A DNA stretch of 64,000 bases from Fidelibacterota bacterium. GTDB lineage: Bacteria; Fidelibacterota; UBA8477; JABMPR01. The stretch covers positions 84,071 to 148,070 of the forward strand of contig JABHBL010000096.1 in the NCBI GenBank assembly GCA_018673925.1. The letters are read 5' to 3'. Shown here piece by piece: positions 60,901-64,000 of the stretch. The notes under the pieces are model-generated. The model worked only from the letters and a program-made list of their open reading frames with translations, searched no databases and was not told the DNA's origin. A program made the position numbers and the translations under genes. How positions within the stretch are numbered: the stretch's first letter is position 1; the number at the start of each line of letters is the position of its first letter.

Positions 60901-62349
60901 CTCCACGGCTCAGAAACTGTTAATATTGAGAAGCTTGGTGCTCCAAGAGAACTCAGTGTAAAGCAGGATCTCGTATCCACAGGTAGCGTTGAAGGTCCTA
61001 CCATAACAACAGTTGGTCGTGAACTTCTCAACTACAATGTTTTCAGATCCATGGACCCAATGGTTTTTGGTGATGCTTATGCAAACGTTGCTGGTGAGAT
61101 GTTCTTTGATGATGACTTCACTTTCGATACACAGTACTTCTATACTGTAAGTGCTGTATACGACCTTGGTGAATCAGATTACTCAAATGTGGATGCCTTT
61201 ACCTATTGGTCACCACTGTATCTGCAACACTATGAAGACTTCATGTATCCAGATGGAACACTTCCCGAGGATATCGGCTTTGTAACTGACGATGGCGCAG
61301 GCAATGCGGCTGCAAACTGGGGTATAGCACAGGAAATGCTGCATTTCAGTTGGTCACCAACAGCAACTGATTTCTATCAGACTGTAACATCACCAGAGGC
61401 TGACTTTGCTGGTGCAACAGCTGCTAGAATCTCATTCTATCTGATGTTGGATGATTATAATGATGCTGATAATGGTACATTGGATATTTCAGCTTCCCTT
61501 TCAAATGATGGTTTCGTAACTGAGACAGTACTCTTTGCTCACAACGATTCTATCTATGGAGATATTGATGATTATATGATTTTCAATGTTTCTGATGTGG
61601 TAGCTGGAACAGATGGATGGCAAGTACGATTCACTGTTGAAGGTGCTACATCATTTACCATGGATAATCTATGGATTGATGATATCATGGTTGAATCTGA
61701 TGTTTACCCAGGTCCAGGAGATTTCAGTCTTCTGTCACCTGCTAACGACGATGATGTTGTGATTACATCCGCTAACGTTGCCACAGGCTCCTTGCTCTTT
61801 GCTTGGGAATCTGCTGGTGATGATATGATGTATGGTGTTGAATTGACTGGTACACTTGGTAGTGTTATCATTCCTTTTGATACATCCGCAACTGAAGTTC
61901 TGATTCCTTATTCAGTTCTAAGTGCTGCTTTTGAATTTACTGGCACCACTGGTGTAACTGGAACTTGGGATATTGTTGCTTATAGTGATATGTATGATGC
62001 CTGGTCATTGAATGGCCCATTCAACCTCACTATCGGTACAACAGTAGGTACAGACGATACATTTATTCCAGATGTGTTCGCTCTTTATCAGAACTATCCG
62101 AACCCCTTCAATCCGGTTACTACCATAACCTATGATATTCCAGAAGCATCTGATGTGAGACTAGTTGTTTACAACCTTGTTGGACAGCCAGTAAGCGTAC
62201 TTGTTAATGGTTTCCAAAACCCAAGTCGCTACACATTAGCATGGAATGGTCTATCTGACGCAGGCTTACCAGTATCTTCAGGTATTTATGTATACCGCCT
62301 AGAAACTGACAGCTATGTCAAAACCATGAAGATGATGTATCTGAAATAA
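54958..62349 (+). CDS. Giant multi-domain surface protein (T9SS cargo) with choice-of-anchor-like, lamin-tail (LTD), PPC-like, CARDB-like and carboxypeptidase-regulatory-like modules
   Basis: Start at MWRKLLLTGLIFSVAFTSAFA (GGAGGA SD). LTD-like FSEYMEGSSNNKGIEIYNLTGSTLELDEYRI. PPC-like modules (CDLALVYGDVNDPE...YWVKVFGYGSSSGEYTLNV; CAEAVELTVADG...YYFEWSDQYSSAAFDWSLTY). CARDB-like VVTNIGDGDSPGY. CarboxypepD_reg-like GTITGTVTDIDGNAIDHADVYA...YDVEVMRVNYHP. Type-A CTD YPNPFNPVTTITYDI...VVYNLVGQPV...WNGLSDAGLPVSSGIYVYRLETD...KMMYLK. Confidence 0.8.
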   Translation: MWRKLLLTGLIFSVAFTSAFAVDVQAIGEDHTAAVIEKNRLDMSNANTLLARDASDRNDFGVLDLRYDYVYPIDDLTVTASNDLDTVVVADVATVGTVTIDYDWVTDNYPGEGSFTMTSPAGTELTIGAGQTSGHYTVELAGFSGEDLAGNWIFSANDSWGDGGHSLSGATMNVDMAAIVPEISFSDDALDFGTLPVGLYAEKTLTINNLGGGALTVSSINADDANFYLGTLSIAPVPAFSSVDIIVGYEPAASGAHIANLVFTSDDAGSPDTVALSGTAIDPVTTGGPDVAGYTWVSSLDAAGPTFTWIDTVGSTDANIANGDDYRGTIDIPFTFRYYGNLYTQLTATTNGWVGMGPSSGYSSSYWTNTTIPSATLPDNMIAPLWDDFKAGDGPASTSSAHGTIKYITLGTEPNRQFVVIFDEIVRGTYDTDYFSFEVILDEATSDITIQYLDVVAGSSADNGIGGTIGIENGDATDGLLYTYNGDPQLIYDEMAIHFVAPPPPSLPNMVLDVTELNFGSVAVGGSASADVMITNNGSGDLVVSGATVAAPFSTTYSGTIAENTSATATIFFDPTATGSFAETLTFTVTGDYTADDDAVALSGSAYPADFVLEDFEGADFPPYGWTIIDVDGGSAINPDLSYIDPYSGEVAAEGMGCADDYLITPSLTIPAGYADFSFWHGQESVNYENSFKVMVSTTGTDPADFVEVVDYPNTVPPAADAWTMETVDLSAYAGQEIYVALYVYYSESSYYGFGFDDILMPPLTPNTNTPFFSEYMEGSSNNKGIEIYNLTGSTLELDEYRIIQSNNGGGWDLIHAFPAGATLDFQDLWMIVTDAAFPEMQALADEVLPYNTEDKVVHFNGDDARALIHIVGTDTTFMDVIGVPTEDPGSGWDVAGVAVGTQEHNLVRKPDVETGNTDWALSAGTNADDSEWIVYDQDFWYGMGYHNEDYPLPGDNCDLALVYGDVNDPEMVGTIDSYGEAWYTFYNDGTYDNVFASLCGSTFDTKIEVWAGCDSATYIAYNDDFCSTQSEVDLGELPAGDYWVKVFGYGSSSGEYTLNVTGTNGVPDFVVTSMEYYGQDTLDVVVTNIGDGDSPGYAGTDYHGLYIDGDYLGYVAEMDVALLAGQSYTYSLTGVNYDFLGVGIHEVVFEADTDDDVLEIDETNNNDTLLIEIGYPPLAPRHVVAMAGEAHVFLYWETAVIPVPDVAGLGRSIQGVSETRSKPAVVLSQELLDKRDEARGSAFREAGDTCAEAVELTVADGSVVSAPYAPYWYSYTPAVDGYLTASSDGLTTEDTKVYAYDDCDLPYIDYDDDGGAGFQSILTIPVTGGTTYYFEWSDQYSSAAFDWSLTYIDYLPLADLEVTEMYQEGDAVFAVITNIGVLDAAGVSCHWWVNGEDVAYEYTDLLIPTAADTLGLYGFSWANLGAGTFNVAMDVDFWGSVDEMSEENNLDSISVVLEDPDYMPTYNIYRDDVLLAGGLDAVNRDFDGEYFDEAVVADVEYTYYITQILEDLSETIPSESVSATPWAPIFYPFPFTEDFEAVMDNLLPLGYVTEEIGEPDGGNWEVGDSAYFQTNTYNGWHPAGSTGQFAGIDDDGVAISSNGNEIMWTPWVDFATAVNPQILFNYTVRGGLGGEFIVFDGEEAMVYPLEDSPMEWTGTLFNLGEYAGDVVRFGFHYDDNGGWAYGMGVDNIVVEEAPLPGTITGTVTDIDGNAIDHADVYAMGLFADEGAMTDAAGAYTITVPAGDYDVEVMRVNYHPAYAEMVTVAEGAATTLDFVLDLYLPAPQNLMAYPSMVDTTIGLMWAPPVPMGQVAYDDGTYEGFVTPVSPSTADNFFAAHFKAAISPGYAINEVSVLSTATGAESAFESISVLSSDEMGLPDFSDVLWTSAGADAALYPEAAWDFYPVGVTPTEHDFWVVIEWPVGNEFGPYIGHDDDTFIGNSIWSNAADTSGAPAWIMDPGTFAIHAYLAEPSTGRSVVLHGSETVNIEKLGAPRELSVKQDLVSTGSVEGPTITTVGRELLNYNVFRSMDPMVFGDAYANVAGEMFFDDDFTFDTQYFYTVSAVYDLGESDYSNVDAFTYWSPLYLQHYEDFMYPDGTLPEDIGFVTDDGAGNAAANWGIAQEMLHFSWSPTATDFYQTVTSPEADFAGATAARISFYLMLDDYNDADNGTLDISASLSNDGFVTETVLFAHNDSIYGDIDDYMIFNVSDVVAGTDGWQVRFTVEGATSFTMDNLWIDDIMVESDVYPGPGDFSLLSPANDDDVVITSANVATGSLLFAWESAGDDMMYGVELTGTLGSVIIPFDTSATEVLIPYSVLSAAFEFTGTTGVTGTWDIVAYSDMYDAWSLNGPFNLTIGTTVGTDDTFIPDVFALYQNYPNPFNPVTTITYDIPEASDVRLVVYNLVGQPVSVLVNGFQNPSRYTLAWNGLSDAGLPVSSGIYVYRLETDSYVKTMKMMYLK

Positions 62350-62370
62350 AGTACATCTCTCCGAAATACT

Positions 62371-62405
62371 ACAAACAGCCCCTTCGCGGGGCTGTTTGTA
62401 TTTTA
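62371..62405 (+). terminator. Rho-independent terminator after the 2471-aa gene
   Basis: ACAAACAGCCCC-TTCG-CGGGGCTGTTTGT-ATTTT. Confidence 0.75.
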
Positions 62406-62520
62406 GGGAGAGTTGAATGTGAATGAGGTGTTGGGAATGGCTCTATTTCCCACTTCTCCACATTTCAAATGTCTTGATCCAAATCAAATGGTCATAAATA
62501 ATTAGCAAAAAGAGATTGGT

Positions 62521-62949
62521 TTGTTCTGGCCTCTTAACTACCTTCGCTCCGTGAAATATTTCAGTACCATACTTGTGATGATGATCTTAGTAACCAGCAG
62601 CTTTGGCAATGCTACACTGAGTGGCTTTAGTGGTTACTCCGATGCATCCCGTATCATTATTCAGTGGAATACTACAGCTGAACAAGGTCTTGATGGTTTT
62701 GAAGTTCAACGCAGTACTGATGGTCATACCTTTATTGAAATCGGATTCCTCCATGCCCAAGGTCAGGGGAGTGGCTATACCTTTATTGATGATTCCATCA
62801 TTGCCAAGGTTGCCGGACGAAACTATTTCTACCGTCTCAAAATCAAAGATATGGCAGGCAACTCTCAATTGAGTGATGTGATTACAATTCAATCAACTCT
62901 TGATGTGGTGCCACGCACCTGGGGATCTTTAAAAGCTCTCTTTAAATAG
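62521..62949 (+). CDS. Small secreted protein with FN3/Ig-like beta-sandwich features (hypothetical)
   Basis: TTG start, signal peptide FSTILVMMILVTSSFGNA. IIQWNTTAEQGLDGFEVQRSTDG is FN3-like. Confidence 0.35.
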   Translation: MFWPLNYLRSVKYFSTILVMMILVTSSFGNATLSGFSGYSDASRIIIQWNTTAEQGLDGFEVQRSTDGHTFIEIGFLHAQGQGSGYTFIDDSIIAKVAGRNYFYRLKIKDMAGNSQLSDVITIQSTLDVVPRTWGSLKALFK

Positions 62950-62976
62950 AATCAATTCACAATTGGAATGATGAAT

Positions 62977-63003
62977 ATCCGTTGCGGCGGATTTTTTGTT
63001 TTA
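62977..63003 (+). terminator. Weak rho-independent terminator
   Basis: ATCCG-TTGCGG-CGGAT followed by TTTTTTGTTTT. Confidence 0.4.
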
Positions 63004-63129
63004 TAAGGGTAATGGACATTGAGGTTCTCGAAATGTCCAACATGTTGTAATGAAAATTAGAGGCTCCGACAGGCTCAGCCGCTGGAGACAAATATGTAGA
63101 ACCCAGTTGTGAAGTTGGAAAAGTGGTGC

Positions 63130-63837
63130 TTAATGGCACTCTAGAATGGTACGGGCAGGTTCAGTGAGATATCGGTATCCATTGTACAGGGTATAGAAAC
63201 CATAGATAATGACCGAAAGTGCTGCCAGCTGTGTCATGATATGACGGAATTTGAGTTTTTTGAACAGTCCTACAAAAAAGCCCAGGCTAAAGAGTGCAGG
63301 AATAGTACTCAGCCCAAAGATGAACATCACCAGAGCTCCATAGATGGGACTGGCTGTACTGGCCGCAGTGATCGCAAAGAAATACACAAATCCACAAGGC
63401 AATAACCCATTCAGCATTCCCAGCAGATAAAACCCCAGGAGGGATTCACTTTTCAAAAGCTTTTTAAATGTCGTTTGATACCATGTAGAGCTGGCAAAGG
63501 AGGTTTCAAATAGTTTCAGTACATGTAGTTTGCCCAGGAGGGAAAGACCAGCGATTACCATAGCTACTCCAGCCACAATCCACAATATACCATTGGTTGT
63601 ATTATTAAAGACAACCACACCACCCAGGATTCCAAATACAGCGCCAAGAACGGTGTAGGTGGTTACTCTTCCCAGCGAATAAAGCAGGTGTGAGATGGCC
63701 TGGGCCATCCTGCTCCGATCTTTTTCAAGACCAGCCGTTGAATAGGCGATGACAATACCACCACACATTCCAATACAATGGCCAAAGGATCCCATAAATG
63801 CGATGGTAATAATGGATATAATATTAACGGTTTCCAC
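63130..63837 (-). CDS. DsbD_2 / CcdA-like family membrane protein with HCxxMCGG motif
   Basis: 6 TM. TM1 carries GSFGHCIGMCGGIV, a Cys pair as in DsbD_2 (PF13386)-type thiol/metal-handling membrane proteins. GTG start overlapping the upstream stop (TAGTG). Confidence 0.45.
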   Translation of the reverse strand: METVNIISIITIAFMGSFGHCIGMCGGIVIAYSTAGLEKDRSRMAQAISHLLYSLGRVTTYTVLGAVFGILGGVVVFNNTTNGILWIVAGVAMVIAGLSLLGKLHVLKLFETSFASSTWYQTTFKKLLKSESLLGFYLLGMLNGLLPCGFVYFFAITAASTASPIYGALVMFIFGLSTIPALFSLGFFVGLFKKLKFRHIMTQLAALSVIIYGFYTLYNGYRYLTEPARTILECH

Positions 63838-64000
63838 TATTGCTCCAGGAGTTGCTTGCGAAAGCTCAAATTTGCCATGGTTTCACCCCTCAACATGGCT
63901 TGCTGCATGTCAGTAAAAACCACCAGACCCTCTTGATGGGTCCTGTATGCTCCAAATCCGTACGACATGGGGGTTTGATCTGTACGACTATACCAGGCTA
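63837..64000 (-). CDS. 3' fragment of an unidentified upstream gene (runs off the window)
   Basis: Open frame ...AWYSRTDQTPMSYGFGAYRTHQEGLVVFTDMQQAMLRGETMANLSFRKQLLEQ* ending in a TAG that overlaps the GTG start of the downstream gene. Confidence 0.3.
   Translation of the reverse strand, partial: AWYSRTDQTPMSYGFGAYRTHQEGLVVFTDMQQAMLRGETMANLSFRKQLLEQ

Noticed and set aside
55000-62300. Periodic GATGATGAT / GGTGATGG tracts that could look like a repeat array
   Set aside because: They are in-frame Asp/Gly-rich codon runs inside the 2471-aa CDS. No spacer-repeat periodicity, so no CRISPR.
1-64000. Search for rRNA, tRNA, integrase/transposase, CRISPR repeats, toxin-antitoxin pairs
   Set aside because: None were recognisable by eye. 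Intergenic space is small and the contents are as listed above.

Overview
The window is 64 kb of a probable FCB-group (Bacteroidota-related) bacterial chromosome, and it is almost fully coding. I infer the lineage from three things. Three large secreted proteins carry type-A T9SS C-terminal sorting domains. The fumarate reductase (frdCAB) and ProRS are of the Bacteroidetes/archaeal type. Start codons are preceded by clear Shine-Dalgarno motifs (AAGGAG/GGAGG), which suggests a non-Bacteroidia FCB lineage. Housekeeping content includes coupled pabA-pabB, frdCAB, proS, PBP1a (mrcA), an ABC-F ATPase and an AMP-nucleosidase-like gene. A long minus-strand array (26860 to 17031) holds a YtrA-like GntR regulator with an ABC/ABC-2 transporter, a secreted accessory protein, a Yip1-like protein, then TolC, MacA and a MacB whose permease is split into two FtsX genes. 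A co-directional plus-strand array (38098 to 52618) holds an Eis-like GNAT, an NlpC/P60 lipoprotein, a degenerate E2-like (CAT-fold) acyltransferase whose catalytic His is replaced by Glu, a 6PGDH-like oxidoreductase, an orphan Cys-rich PAS histidine kinase coupled to a secreted protein, a membrane protein and an EamA transporter, a Zn-ribbon protein, and a 2067-aa single-polypeptide AddA+AddB-like helicase/dual-nuclease fusion. That fusion is the most unusual item here. Three T9SS cargo proteins are present: a 672-aa FG-GAP propeller, a 1778-aa protein with dockerin+cohesin+PPC modules, and a 2471-aa protein with lamin-tail, CARDB and PPC-like modules. I found no rRNA, tRNA, CRISPR array or obvious mobile element. 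Several clean rho-independent terminators, a putative GntR operator palindrome, and two secreted-protein genes whose signal peptides lie upstream of any canonical start codon are noted.
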